Source of the DNA: Candidatus Poribacteria bacterium
GTDB taxonomy: Bacteria; Poribacteria; WGA-4E; WGA-3G
DNA length: 64,000 nucleotides
Reading direction: 5' to 3'
Assembly (NCBI GenBank): GCA_965242965.1
Contig: OZ251518.1
Span: 1,792,001 to 1,856,000 of the forward strand
Part shown: piece by piece, positions 10,003-20,135 of the stretch
Layout: each line of letters starts with the position of its first letter
Numbering within the stretch: position 1 is the stretch's first letter
Made by a program: the position numbers and the translations under genes
The notes under the pieces: model-generated
Told to the model about the DNA's origin: nothing
Database searches by the model: none
Seen by the model: only the letters and a program-made list of their open reading frames with translations

Positions 10003-11565
10003 TTAAACCCGCAACACACGCGACTCACCTGCATCCAACGTCAAATGACTCCACATCGCATCCTGCAATTGCCAAGAAAACGTAATCGGCGAATCGCCGC
10101 CGTTGTAGAAAACCACTTCCGCGCCGGGCTCTGCGCCAATGATAGGCCGGACCAGAGAAAGGAGTTCTGCAGGCAAACGCGATTCGCCGCCCTGCGGTTT
10201 GACATTCAGCATCGGCACAACCTCACTCTGAATCTCACGCGTGCCGAGTAAAAGCGGTCCGTAGCAAGCCGTGACCGATCCTTGTCCCCAGTTGCGTCCA
10301 TGTCCGGCGGCGACAGAACAAACCGCGCCGCCCATATCGGCGTGCTCCCTTCCACCGCGCAACACACGCCGGGCAATCTTCAGACGCGTCGCTGCACTTT
10401 GCAACGCCCGCGCAGCAAAGGATACGTCACCTGTCACCTGATAGGCAAGCGTCAACGTCGCAGTGGAAGGTTCCTGAATCGGTTTGACAGAACCGTCATC
10501 TGTCCATTCTCCCCAGTATGCCATATCGGCGCGTTTTCCAACGCCGGGTTCGCGACGGCGAATCTCCTGCGGAAACACGAGCGCGAGCAATTCCGGTGGA
10601 GAATGTGGAAATTTCGCCACTTCCGCGCGGATGTCGGCATCGAAAGTGGTATCGTTAAACGTCCAGCGATAATAGCTGAGCGCGGCGGCAGCCGGATCGT
10701 TGTAAGCGTCGTGGAGGGAAGCCGCCAGCGGTTGGACGATGCGTTTCGCTGCCGTTTGGAAAATGCTGTCACCGGATAAGCGATGAAGATCGCCGAACGT
10801 ATAGATGGCACCGGAGGCGAGGAGGACTTCAATGCCGGCACTCGGGTCATTCGGGATATGGTGCGTGCTTGCGACAAGCCGATGTAAATTCTTGGCATTG
10901 ACATCCGTCTCGCTGAGCCCATTTCCGTCCAAATCCCAGAGGAGCGGCATCGGTTCTGGCGCGGCCATAATGCGTTCAGCCCGCTTCTCACCGTAGCGTA
11001 ACGCCCACTCCAGATAGCGGTTCTCACCCGTGACGCGATATGCGGCGAGAGCGATGTGGATAAATCGGAAGTGCTCCGCCAATTCATACGCGTCCTTTTC
11101 CTCGTTTTCCACAAAACGGGTGCCGATGTTGTAGCCGATGAAAGTATCGCGTTTGTAATCATACCACGGCGGAATTTCCTGCACCCAATTTCCGATGTGC
11201 TCGGCGGCATCCGTTAACAACTTAACTGCCTCCGTGTCTTCAGGCACTAATCCGATATAACGCGGCAAGAAGAGGAGAAAGGGTTCAGGTCCGTGATGCG
11301 CCTCCGCCTTCGGTTCGTATCCGTGGTGGCAATCGCGTTCTACCCATCCTGCCAGCGCGGTTTTGAGGGCATCAAAGTGTTGCAGGACGGTTGCGTCGCC
11401 AGTAATGAGATAGTGCGGAAACCACGCGAGCGCGTAGTTTGCCTCGTCTTCGCCGCCATCGTTCGGCCCGGGCGGATCCAACAGCATGCTCTGTTTGAGC
11501 CACCGTCCCATTTCAGTCCTGAGCGCGGTGTAAGAGGCATAGCATTCGTGGATAAGATTTTTCAT
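10003..11565 (-). CDS. Hypothetical protein, probable (alpha/alpha)6 toroid (glycoside hydrolase/epimerase-like)
   Basis: 520-aa ORF with AGGAG RBS; repeated AY..TG..xYL helical-hairpin motifs. Confidence 0.7.
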   Translation of the reverse strand: MKNLIHECYASYTALRTEMGRWLKQSMLLDPPGPNDGGEDEANYALAWFPHYLITGDATVLQHFDALKTALAGWVERDCHHGYEPKAEAHHGPEPFLLFLPRYIGLVPEDTEAVKLLTDAAEHIGNWVQEIPPWYDYKRDTFIGYNIGTRFVENEEKDAYELAEHFRFIHIALAAYRVTGENRYLEWALRYGEKRAERIMAAPEPMPLLWDLDGNGLSETDVNAKNLHRLVASTHHIPNDPSAGIEVLLASGAIYTFGDLHRLSGDSIFQTAAKRIVQPLAASLHDAYNDPAAAALSYYRWTFNDTTFDADIRAEVAKFPHSPPELLALVFPQEIRRREPGVGKRADMAYWGEWTDDGSVKPIQEPSTATLTLAYQVTGDVSFAARALQSAATRLKIARRVLRGGREHADMGGAVCSVAAGHGRNWGQGSVTACYGPLLLGTREIQSEVVPMLNVKPQGGESRLPAELLSLVRPIIGAEPGAEVVFYNGGDSPITFSWQLQDAMWSHLTLDAGESRVLRV

Positions 11566-11774
11566 CAGTTTGCTCCTATTTGCATCAAAATGTCACTTTT
11601 TTCATCAGGAGGTGTTCAAAAAATAGACAATCTCTCCCGAAAATCGCCGTAAATCAACGATTTGCGGTTGGCATAGAATTTGCTTATACGTTTGATTAAG
11701 CCTCCTTGGGTGAGCCGGCACCACACAACCTTGAAGATGATATGATTGGGGAGACGTGGTTTCCGGCTCTTTTT

Positions 11775-13220
11775 TTACGAAATGAATTTCCTGACAGTTC
11801 TGACCAGAGTGCCTTCCGAGAACCATTTCCTCGCAATGCGCCATACACTGCTCGAAAACGTCGGATAGACGTGAATCATCTCGCTTAACTTCCGGAGTGA
11901 AATTCCCTGTTGCATTGCCAGGACGTATTCATGGATAATTTCGCCGGCATTCGCGCTGACGAGGTGAACGCCCAATATTTTTCCGCGCCATCGGCTCGCG
12001 ATGACTTTGGTGAAACCGCGCGTCTCGCCTTCAGCGATTGCCCTATCCACATCTGCCTGCGGCAGCGTGAAGACATCAACATCGCCATGTTTCTCACGCG
12101 CCTCCGCTTCTGTCAAACCGCAACGCGCGACTTCGGGCTCACAGAACGTCGTCCATGGCACGACAGCATAGTCGATCGTTTTGGAGAGTGGGAAGAAGAT
12201 ATTTCGCAAGATGAGTTGCGCTTGAAAATCGGCGACGTGTGTGAAGAGATAATGCCCGATGACATCGCCAGCGGCATAGATATTTTTCACGTTCGTCTGC
12301 AGTTTGTTGTTAACCTCAATGCCGCGTTTGCTGACATTCACGCCGATTTCCTCAAGTCCTAAACCTTCCACATTCGGCGCGCGCCCAGAGGCAATCAAGA
12401 TTTTGTCGAATTGTTCTTCGATGCTGTTTGCGCCGTTGCGGAACGTTACGTGATGCCCATTGATGCGCGTAATCTGTGTATTCAGGCGAATAGTGATTCC
12501 CTCTTCGCGGAGGCAGTCTAGCAGACATGTGGAGACATCGGCATCCTCCTTCGTCAAAATCCGGTCGCTTCGTTGCGCAAGAGTCACTGCCGCGCCGAGT
12601 CGACGAAACGCCTGTCCTAATTCAACTCCGAGCGGTCCCGCGCCAACGACGAGCAGTCGCTTGGGCAATTCTTCCAATTCCCAGAGCGTCTCACTATCAA
12701 GGTAATCGCAGGTTTCTATTCCAGGAATCGACGGCACAGCGGGACGCGAACCGGTGCTGATGACAAACTTTTTGCTGGTGAGGGTTCGCGTTTGTCCGCT
12801 TTCGACTGTCCCTCCCTGGTCTCCCGCGCCATTCACAACGAACGTCTGCGGCGACGTAAAATGCCCACTGCCGAAGATGACATCAACTCCCATCTCCCGA
12901 AACCGCTCAGGGTTGTCGTGTTCCTCCTCAATTTTCTGTTGCGTGCTGCGCACATACGCCATCGCTTTCGGGAAATCGGGCGCGCGGTTGAAAACTTCGC
13001 CTCCAAGGAAGAACCCGTATTTTTCCGCATGCTGAATTTCATTTGCAACCTTCGCGACTTTGAGAAGTGCTTTGGAAGGCACACACCCTGTCCAAAGGCA
13101 ATCGCCGCCGATGCGGTGCTTTTCTATCAACGCGGTTTTTTTTCCTAACTTCGCACCGGCGACAGCAAGCACCAATCCCGCGCTGCCACCGCCGATAATT
13201 GTCAAATCGTATTCTGTCAC
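11775..13220 (-). CDS. Pyridine nucleotide-disulfide oxidoreductase (MerA/Lpd-like)
   Basis: GGGSAG, GGDCLWTGCVPSK, HVYPT; no MerA C-terminal CC pair. Confidence 0.9.
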   Translation of the reverse strand: MTEYDLTIIGGGSAGLVLAVAGAKLGKKTALIEKHRIGGDCLWTGCVPSKALLKVAKVANEIQHAEKYGFFLGGEVFNRAPDFPKAMAYVRSTQQKIEEEHDNPERFREMGVDVIFGSGHFTSPQTFVVNGAGDQGGTVESGQTRTLTSKKFVISTGSRPAVPSIPGIETCDYLDSETLWELEELPKRLLVVGAGPLGVELGQAFRRLGAAVTLAQRSDRILTKEDADVSTCLLDCLREEGITIRLNTQITRINGHHVTFRNGANSIEEQFDKILIASGRAPNVEGLGLEEIGVNVSKRGIEVNNKLQTNVKNIYAAGDVIGHYLFTHVADFQAQLILRNIFFPLSKTIDYAVVPWTTFCEPEVARCGLTEAEAREKHGDVDVFTLPQADVDRAIAEGETRGFTKVIASRWRGKILGVHLVSANAGEIIHEYVLAMQQGISLRKLSEMIHVYPTFSSSVWRIARKWFSEGTLVRTVRKFIS

Positions 13221-13226
13221 AGCCTT

Positions 13227-14774
13227 TTACCTTTTCATCCGCAGCACGCGCCCCGGGAGCTGCCCCGTCGCATTTCCCTCTGCAATAACAGGAGTGCCAT
13301 TAACGAACACCCACTCCACACCGACAGGGAGTTGAACCGGAGCAGCCCAGGTAGACAGGGCTGCCACAGTATCCGCATCGAAAATAACAATGTCCGCGGC
13401 GAGCCCATTGGCAATTCTACCTCTGTCGGCGAGACGAAAGCGTTCCGCCGGGAACCCGCTCATTTTATAGACAGCTTCCTTCAGAGAGACGAGTTTTCGT
13501 TCGCGCACAAACTTGCCGAGATACTGCACAAAACAGCCGTAACTACGCGGGTGCGGATGCGGAATATTGTAAACGCCATCGCTGGCAATCATCATGCGCG
13601 GATGCGCCGCCGTTTGGTTTAAAATCCGTTCGTTTTCTTCCGGTGATGTCGCCCACGGCATCACAAAGGTTTCGATTTCAGCCTCTTCACGAATCAGATC
13701 GAACCCGAATTCGGCATAGGACTTGCCTTCACTTTTCGCCGCCTCGGCGAGTGTCATTCCGATAAAGCGTCCGGAACGAGTGTAACCCACAATCTGATTG
13801 CCTTCACCTAGTTCTTCCTGCAGATACGCAATCGACTTCTGGCGGACATCCGGCTTCTCCAAGTTTGCCAACATATCCGCCGGGGCTCCTGTCTGAAATT
13901 CCATCGGCAGCATCATCGCGAGATGCGTCATGCCCGCGGGATAGAGGTAAGATTCAAACGTCAGATCGATATCCTCTTTGTCAATCCGCTCAAGCACTTC
14001 AGATGCCTCTGCATCCACCCGTTCGTGCGAAATATGGACAGGAATTTCGGCATGCTGCGCGATGGCAATAGTCTCCTCCCACGCGCGTCTTCTACCGAGG
14101 ATACGGTAGCGGATATGCGCCGCATAAATGGCATCATAAGCCGCAGCGATTTTCGAGAGAAACACCAATTCGCGCAAATCGGCATTAGCAGAAGGTTGAT
14201 AGTCAAGTCCCAAACAGAGACAGCATGCCCCCGCTTCTAACCACTCGCGCGTAGTGCGTTCCATCGCCTTCAATTCGTCATCGGTAGCCGGGCGTGCATC
14301 CCATCCCATCGCGCCGAGGCGCACGGCACAATGCGGCACCTGTGGATAAAGATTCGCTGGAATGCGGCCGTGGAAAATGTCCAGATACGCATCCGGCGTT
14401 TGCCAATCCAGAGCCAATTTTGCATCGCCGTATGCAAATTGCGTATAGTGCCACAATTCGCCAGCGAGCTGTGGGGACAGAGGGGCCCAGCCGAAGCCAT
14501 CCGGGGCGGCCAAGTGCGTCGTCACGCCTTGACTGACAGCGGCGAGCTGGTCGCGGCCGCCAAGCAGCGCAATCTCGGAGTGGACATGCACATCGATGAA
14601 TCCCGGACAAACGACGCTATCCTTCGCAGCAATCCGATGCGCCGTTTCTGCATCCCCAAGCGCGCCGATAGCGGCAATGGTGTCGCCTTGAATGCCGATA
14701 TCCGCAACGAACGGTTCTCGCTGTCCTGTGCCATCAACGATGCTTCCTCCTTCAATAATCACATCAAATTCCAT
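13227..14774 (-). CDS. N-acyl-D-amino acid deacylase (amidohydrolase family)
   Basis: PGFIDVHVHSE, HPHPRSYG, ADIVIFD motifs. Confidence 0.9.
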   Translation of the reverse strand: MEFDVIIEGGSIVDGTGQREPFVADIGIQGDTIAAIGALGDAETAHRIAAKDSVVCPGFIDVHVHSEIALLGGRDQLAAVSQGVTTHLAAPDGFGWAPLSPQLAGELWHYTQFAYGDAKLALDWQTPDAYLDIFHGRIPANLYPQVPHCAVRLGAMGWDARPATDDELKAMERTTREWLEAGACCLCLGLDYQPSANADLRELVFLSKIAAAYDAIYAAHIRYRILGRRRAWEETIAIAQHAEIPVHISHERVDAEASEVLERIDKEDIDLTFESYLYPAGMTHLAMMLPMEFQTGAPADMLANLEKPDVRQKSIAYLQEELGEGNQIVGYTRSGRFIGMTLAEAAKSEGKSYAEFGFDLIREEAEIETFVMPWATSPEENERILNQTAAHPRMMIASDGVYNIPHPHPRSYGCFVQYLGKFVRERKLVSLKEAVYKMSGFPAERFRLADRGRIANGLAADIVIFDADTVAALSTWAAPVQLPVGVEWVFVNGTPVIAEGNATGQLPGRVLRMKR

Positions 14775-14879
14775 GATATTCACCTCTTTTGTGAAGAATT
14801 TAGCATAAAAAGCGAAAGGTGTCAAGGAGAAAAAGTGCGTGTCAGGAGCAGGATTCACCAGATTATCACGATTTCCAAC

Positions 14880-15469
14880 CAGTAGGAGAGACCTCCTGGT
14901 CTCGATTGAAATCTCACCTACATCGTAGGGCGGGGGCCTGTCCCCCGCGATGGCTCAAGAACCGTTTTTTCATCGTAGCGCGGTTGCCTGTCCCCCGCGA
15001 TGTCCATCGTCAAGCGGTGACGTTTTAGGTCCGTTAGGACCTACATGTCTATAGATACACGTGTCGTGCCATTTTCAAGGTCCGTTAGGACCTTAATAAA
15101 AACACGCGTGGCCCTGGCAAAAACTATTAAGGACCTAAAGGACCTTAGGGTTTTTCGCAGCGCGCGTGCTATAGACATTAAGGTCCTGCGGACCTAAGAG
15201 AACAAGAGACGTTTTTTCGTTCTCCCCTCTCTGTAGTTTGTGATCGCCTGATCACAACGACTCAGGATCCGGCGATCCTGCCCTACAGGGCCTGGCGCAC
15301 GAACGATGGCGAGGGAAACCCGCTCGGATGCGCGTGTGGCATCCGAGGGCCCAAGCCCTACGATGAAGGGGGGCCCTTCTGCCGCCGTGGCCCCGATAGG
15401 CGCGCCGTCCTATTGCATCGAGACCAGGAGGTCTCGCCTACACGGGAAAACGAATTATGAAACACCCTC
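14880..15469. repeat. REP mosaic containing a four-palindrome element (15027-15195) and a solo MITE end (15455-15469)
   Basis: 14925-15220 closely matches 53546-53840. Confidence 0.9.
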
Positions 15470-15479
15470 AATTATTTTC

Positions 15480-15508
15480 TTGACAAAAAAGATTGGTTAT
15501 GATAGACT
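15480..15508 (+). promoter_or_regulatory. sigma70 promoter
   Basis: TTGACA-17 bp-TAGACT. Confidence 0.65.
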
Positions 15509-15545
15509 AAATAGACAATTCATCACCTTTTCAGGAGGAATACGC

Positions 15546-15995
15546 ATGCGTTTAGTGCCCGCCACAATTTTACTTTTCGTGATGATTGCACTCGGCTTGA
15601 ACGGCTGTGGAGAGAGCTCTTCCGGCGGCAGCGGCCTCACCGATGTCGGAAGAGGCGAACCGATTATTGTGGACTCTGTCATGGCCATCAGCGTCTTTGA
15701 AGAACGCCCGGACGGCATCACCGACACGTTCAACGCCGATGTCAACGAACAAATCTTTTTGTGGATTTTATGGAACAATATCGAGGAACAACACACGGTT
15801 GAAGTGTCATGGTTCTCACCCGCCGATGACTTGGAGGATCCGCCGTTCTGGGAGGAATCACAGACGTTTACTTCAACAACCGGCGAGAAAATTACGTGGT
15901 TCTACATTGACACGCCATCGGATACCGGCGAGTGGTTCGTGGAAATCTACCTTGATGGACTTTTTGAACGGAGTCACATATTCTGGGTGGAATAG
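15546..15995 (+). CDS. Putative lipoprotein with an Ig-like domain
   Basis: AGGAGG RBS; lipobox LNGC; GEWFVEIYLDG. Confidence 0.8.
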   Translation: MRLVPATILLFVMIALGLNGCGESSSGGSGLTDVGRGEPIIVDSVMAISVFEERPDGITDTFNADVNEQIFLWILWNNIEEQHTVEVSWFSPADDLEDPPFWEESQTFTSTTGEKITWFYIDTPSDTGEWFVEIYLDGLFERSHIFWVE

Positions 15996-16112
15996 GATAA
16001 CCGGGTAGTTTCAAACCGCGCAATGTAACGGCAACGGCTCAGGAGATTGCGGGGGACAGGCCCCCGCACTACGAGAGGTAAACCCAGTTTCAAACAACGC
16101 AAGGAGAACCTC

Positions 16113-17198
16113 ATGGATAAACTCAAAATCGCGCACATCGGCACAGGCAGACGCGGTGCCGGCACTTATCTTCCCATCATCGCGAAATTGACGGAAGCCC
16201 TTGAACTCGTCGCTGTCTGCGATGCACGCGAGGACAGCGTCACCGAACAAGGCGCGAAATACAACGTCCCGGCTTACACCGACACCGAACGGATGCTGGA
16301 TGAAGTGAAGCCGGATATCTGTGCCATCGTGATTACACCGAGCAACAACCACATTCCGGGGCTCCTCTGCTCCGAACGTGGGGTGAGTTATTGCACAGAA
16401 ACCCCGATTGACACAGACCTGGGTTGGGCAGACAAGATGATAGCATCCGCGCAAGCGAACGGCACCAAACTTGAGGTGAACGAAAACTATTATCGCGTTC
16501 CGACAGAACGGATAAAACGGGAGATGATTCTCGCCGGTGTCTTTGGCAAAGTCAACACTGCCTATAACGATTTCCGCGGGCACGGCTACCACGGCATCGG
16601 GCTTATTCGGAGTTACGTCGGTTTTGAGAATGAACCGATTCGCGTCTACGGCTTTCGGAAAAATTACGAGGTGCAGGATCACGTCTGGCGGAAAGGGCAA
16701 CCGCCGCGCAATACCGAAGATTGGCAACACGCTATCATTGAGTTTGAAGACGGCGCAGTGGGGATTTTCAACTTCAGTAGCCTTTCTTACGGTTCGCCGT
16801 TGCGTGGGTTCAACGGTTCCAAGTTTTACGCCGAACGCGGGATGTGCTTCCGAAACGAAGCAGTCATCCTCAACGAAACGGCTGACGAACAGCGCGTCGT
16901 AACCATCACCCGCCGAACCAATAACGTTGGCGGTTATGAGACGCTCGCCGCGCTCGTCGCGGACACGGAGCCCGAAGTCGTTTGGGAGAATCCGTTGCAG
17001 CATTATCCGCTCAGCGATGGCGAAATCACCGTCGCATCGGAATTGATGAGTCTCGTCAATGCTGTCCAAAACGATACGGAACCGGAATATGGGGCATACA
17101 ATGGACGAAAGGACAGGGAAATTGACGTAGCGATGGCACGTTCATGGGCAAACAACGGCGCGCCTGTTCCCTTTCCGTTGACGTATGAAAGCCGATAA
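16113..17198 (+). CDS. Gfo/Idh/MocA family oxidoreductase
   Basis: IGTGRRG, AVCD, ETP motif; AAGGAG RBS. Confidence 0.9.
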   Translation: MDKLKIAHIGTGRRGAGTYLPIIAKLTEALELVAVCDAREDSVTEQGAKYNVPAYTDTERMLDEVKPDICAIVITPSNNHIPGLLCSERGVSYCTETPIDTDLGWADKMIASAQANGTKLEVNENYYRVPTERIKREMILAGVFGKVNTAYNDFRGHGYHGIGLIRSYVGFENEPIRVYGFRKNYEVQDHVWRKGQPPRNTEDWQHAIIEFEDGAVGIFNFSSLSYGSPLRGFNGSKFYAERGMCFRNEAVILNETADEQRVVTITRRTNNVGGYETLAALVADTEPEVVWENPLQHYPLSDGEITVASELMSLVNAVQNDTEPEYGAYNGRKDREIDVAMARSWANNGAPVPFPLTYESR

Positions 17199-17218
17199 TC
17201 TGCCGCTAGTGATTTTCC

Positions 17219-17247
17219 TTGACATTCGCAAGAAAATTCTGTATAAT
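17219..17247 (+). promoter_or_regulatory. sigma70 promoter
   Basis: TTGACA-17 bp-TATAAT. Confidence 0.8.
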
Positions 17248-17292
17248 TGAATTGTACTCGCAGAAAAACAACGAAAATCGGAGGAATCTTCC

Positions 17293-18195
17293 ATGTTAAA
17301 ACCGTTTCGCTTCATGTTCACGCTCCTATTTGTCTTCAGTTTCAGCGCGACGCTGATGGGCAATGAGTGGGCAAACTACTATTTCCCCGACGCGCTGGAA
17401 AGCTACTGGCACTACGAAGACCAGGATGGCAACGAACTCACGCGCTATGCTGTGGAGCCGGAGGACATTGATGGCGAAACGTATCGTGCCTTCAGCTACG
17501 CCCCGCGACTTGAAGACTGGAAGGATTACCAGTATTACGTGCATCCCTATTTTTACAGCGTCGGTGACGAATGGGTGGCGTTTTTCGTCGGTGAAGATGT
17601 CGAAAACGCAATAAAAGCCACCACAGCGCAACAGTGGGACGAGGTTATCGCCGTAATGCGGCAGCAGATGAATAGCCAACTCCCGCCCGGGGTGAACGTT
17701 GACATAAACGTAACATACGAACTAGAGGTGGAAGCGCAGGACTACTTCTACTTTCTGCCGACTCCCGCAACCTTCAACGAGGAGTGGGAAGCCATGCGGG
17801 CTGACATCAAAATGGACCTCAATATCGGCATCCAGAGCGATATGGCGGGATTTCCAGCCTTCAACCAGAACATCATGATGTATCTCACCGTTGTGGAAAC
17901 AGGGAACGTCGTGGACACTGAAACCGTGGAGACAGAAGCCGGCACCTTTGAGGATTGCCTGAAAATTGAATACCGCGCGGATGCAACGATGGAAACGTCA
18001 CCCCCGATGGAAGACGCAGAATCGCTGTTTTCAAACGCATACGGCGAAACCTTGACGACGCTCTGGTTAGCACCCAACGTCGGTATCGTCAAATTCTCCC
18101 TAGAATCCGAGGCTTTACATTTGGAGAAGACCTTGGAGTTAACGCGGTTTGAGGTGAAATCTGCCGAATCTGGAAGTGACAGCAGCAACCAATAG
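17293..18195 (+). CDS. Secreted acidic DUF3108/TapB-like protein
   Basis: Signal peptide; [28 protein letters not shown]. Confidence 0.85.
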   Translation: MLKPFRFMFTLLFVFSFSATLMGNEWANYYFPDALESYWHYEDQDGNELTRYAVEPEDIDGETYRAFSYAPRLEDWKDYQYYVHPYFYSVGDEWVAFFVGEDVENAIKATTAQQWDEVIAVMRQQMNSQLPPGVNVDINVTYELEVEAQDYFYFLPTPATFNEEWEAMRADIKMDLNIGIQSDMAGFPAFNQNIMMYLTVVETGNVVDTETVETEAGTFEDCLKIEYRADATMETSPPMEDAESLFSNAYGETLTTLWLAPNVGIVKFSLESEALHLEKTLELTRFEVKSAESGSDSSNQ

Positions 18196-18207
18196 GAGGA
18201 ACCCCTC

Positions 18208-19137
18208 ATGCACAAATTGATTTGCCTGCTGCTAAGTGTCTTGCTCATTTTCACCTGCAGCGCGACGCTGATGGGAAATGAGTGGGCGAACTACTATTTT
18301 CCCGATACACTCGGAAACTACTGGGTTTACGAAGACGAAAACGGGGACGAACTCACCCGCTACGCCGTGGAACCCGAAGAGGTTGATGGTGAAACCTATC
18401 GCGCCTTCAACTATGAACCTGCCTTAGAAGATTGGGCAGATTATCTTTATCATGCTGCACCCTATTACTACCTCGTCGGTGACGAGTGGGTTGCCGCCTT
18501 GGCCGGCGAATACGTCAAAAACGCATTCACGGCACGGATAACCGAAGAATTGGAAACACTCCGCGCGATGGGCGAACAAGAGATGGCGCAACAAAGCGAC
18601 CTGCCCGGCGTTCACATCTCGCTGCGTTATGATGTCAGCGTTGAGGCACCAGACTACTTCTATCTGCTCCCGACACCCGCCACCTTTGACGAAGAATGGG
18701 AGGCAATGCAGATAAATGTCGAAATTACCTTGGGGGTTGACGTAGAGGGAGATCCTTCTGTGTTTCGTGAGGAGACACCAGATCTCAAACTTTATTTTAC
18801 TATTGTTGAAACAGGGAACGTCACCGAAACCGAAACTGTGGAAACGGACGCAGGCACGTTTGAGGACTGTCTGAAAATCGAATACCGCACCAAAACGACT
18901 GTCACTGCCTCGGAACCGATGGAAGGCGGTCCGCCGCCAGTCCCCGGGGAATCCTTCACCACGATTTGGTTGGCACCGAACGTTGGCATTGTGAAGTTCG
19001 CGCAGGAATCTCAGGCAGTTGTGTTAACAATGATAGGACCGGTAGAAATTCAGGCACCTGTCACTGAGAGAAGCCTGGAATTAACGCAGTATGAAATCAA
19101 ACCGCCTGAGGCAGGAGAGACTTCGAGTCCTGAATAA
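18208..19137 (+). CDS. Secreted acidic DUF3108/TapB-like protein (tandem paralog)
   Basis: High similarity to 17293-18195. Confidence 0.85.
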   Translation: MHKLICLLLSVLLIFTCSATLMGNEWANYYFPDTLGNYWVYEDENGDELTRYAVEPEEVDGETYRAFNYEPALEDWADYLYHAAPYYYLVGDEWVAALAGEYVKNAFTARITEELETLRAMGEQEMAQQSDLPGVHISLRYDVSVEAPDYFYLLPTPATFDEEWEAMQINVEITLGVDVEGDPSVFREETPDLKLYFTIVETGNVTETETVETDAGTFEDCLKIEYRTKTTVTASEPMEGGPPPVPGESFTTIWLAPNVGIVKFAQESQAVVLTMIGPVEIQAPVTERSLELTQYEIKPPEAGETSSPE

Positions 19138-20117
19138 TGAACACGTTTTCAGTTTACCGCCCGCGGCGGCTCCGTGCAAATGAAAACCTGCGACGGCTCG
19201 TTCGCGAGACGAAATTATCCATCGATGACCTAATTTATCCAATGTTCGTCGTGCATGGCAGGAACGTTGCAACCGAAATTTCATCAATGCCGGGATGCTA
19301 CCACTACTCGGTAGACACTCTCGTCACCGCGGCGAAAGAGTTGGCATCTCTCGGCATCCCCGGCACCATCTTGTTCGGCATTCCGGCGGAGAAGGACGCA
19401 TTCGGTTCCGAGGCATACGCCGATGACGGTATTATCCAACAGGCTGTTCGCGCAATCAAAGATGCTGTGCCAGGCCTGCTCGTCATCACGGATGTCTGTC
19501 TCTGCGAATATACCGAACACGGGCATTGCGGCATTGTTGCAGAAGGAGACGTTCAAAATGACCGGACGGTGGAACTGCTCGTCAAGGAGAGTCTCTCACA
19601 TGCGCATGCCGGTGCCGATGTCATCGCACCGTCGGATATGATGGACGGCCGCGTCGGCGCGATTCGCGAGGCGTTGGACATGGAGGGATACGAACATATC
19701 CCGATTATGGCGTATTCTGCGAAATACGCGTCCGCTTTTTACGGGCCGTTTCGCGAAGCCGCCGAATCCGCACCCCAATTTGGCGACAGACGCTCTTATC
19801 AGATGGATGCCGCGAACGCTGAAGAGGCACTCAAGGAAGTGGCGTTAGACATTGAGGAAGGCGCGGATATTTTGATGGTGAAACCCGCGCTCGCCTATCT
19901 TGATGTCATCTACCGCGTGAAGACAACGTTTCAGGTGCCGGTAGCCGCGTATAACGTCAGTGGCGAGTATGCGATGATTAAGGCAGCGGCGCAAAACGGC
20001 TGGGTTGACGAACAGCGCGTCGCATTGGAGGCGTTAACCAGCATCAAACGCGCCGGGGCCGATATGATTTTAACCTATTTCGCAAAATCTGTCGTCACCT
20101 GGTTATCATCCGTTTAA
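19137..20117 (+). CDS. hemB: Porphobilinogen synthase
   Basis: [26 protein letters not shown]. Confidence 0.97.
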   Translation: MNTFSVYRPRRLRANENLRRLVRETKLSIDDLIYPMFVVHGRNVATEISSMPGCYHYSVDTLVTAAKELASLGIPGTILFGIPAEKDAFGSEAYADDGIIQQAVRAIKDAVPGLLVITDVCLCEYTEHGHCGIVAEGDVQNDRTVELLVKESLSHAHAGADVIAPSDMMDGRVGAIREALDMEGYEHIPIMAYSAKYASAFYGPFREAAESAPQFGDRRSYQMDAANAEEALKEVALDIEEGADILMVKPALAYLDVIYRVKTTFQVPVAAYNVSGEYAMIKAAAQNGWVDEQRVALEALTSIKRAGADMILTYFAKSVVTWLSSV

Positions 20118-20135
20118 AGGAGGACATACAAACAA

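Noticed and set aside
9656-10251. ORFs encoding MARDRPSPY / RGTGPRAT / GRGPVPR peptides (also near 601, 15306, 30260, 35802, 36894, 46138-46940, 48314-49173, 50591)
   Set aside because: These are translations of REP palindromes, which lack stop codons; not credible genes. The same artefact inflates the N-termini of ORFs 15306, 16047, 43579 and 46474.
11775-13220. merA call
   Set aside because: No C-terminal Cys-Cys pair and no mer operon genes nearby.
15027-15195. Four-palindrome element as a true CRISPR array
   Set aside because: The repeats are inverted and nested, always four, dispersed, and have no leader or cas genes. Kept as a finding of unknown type.
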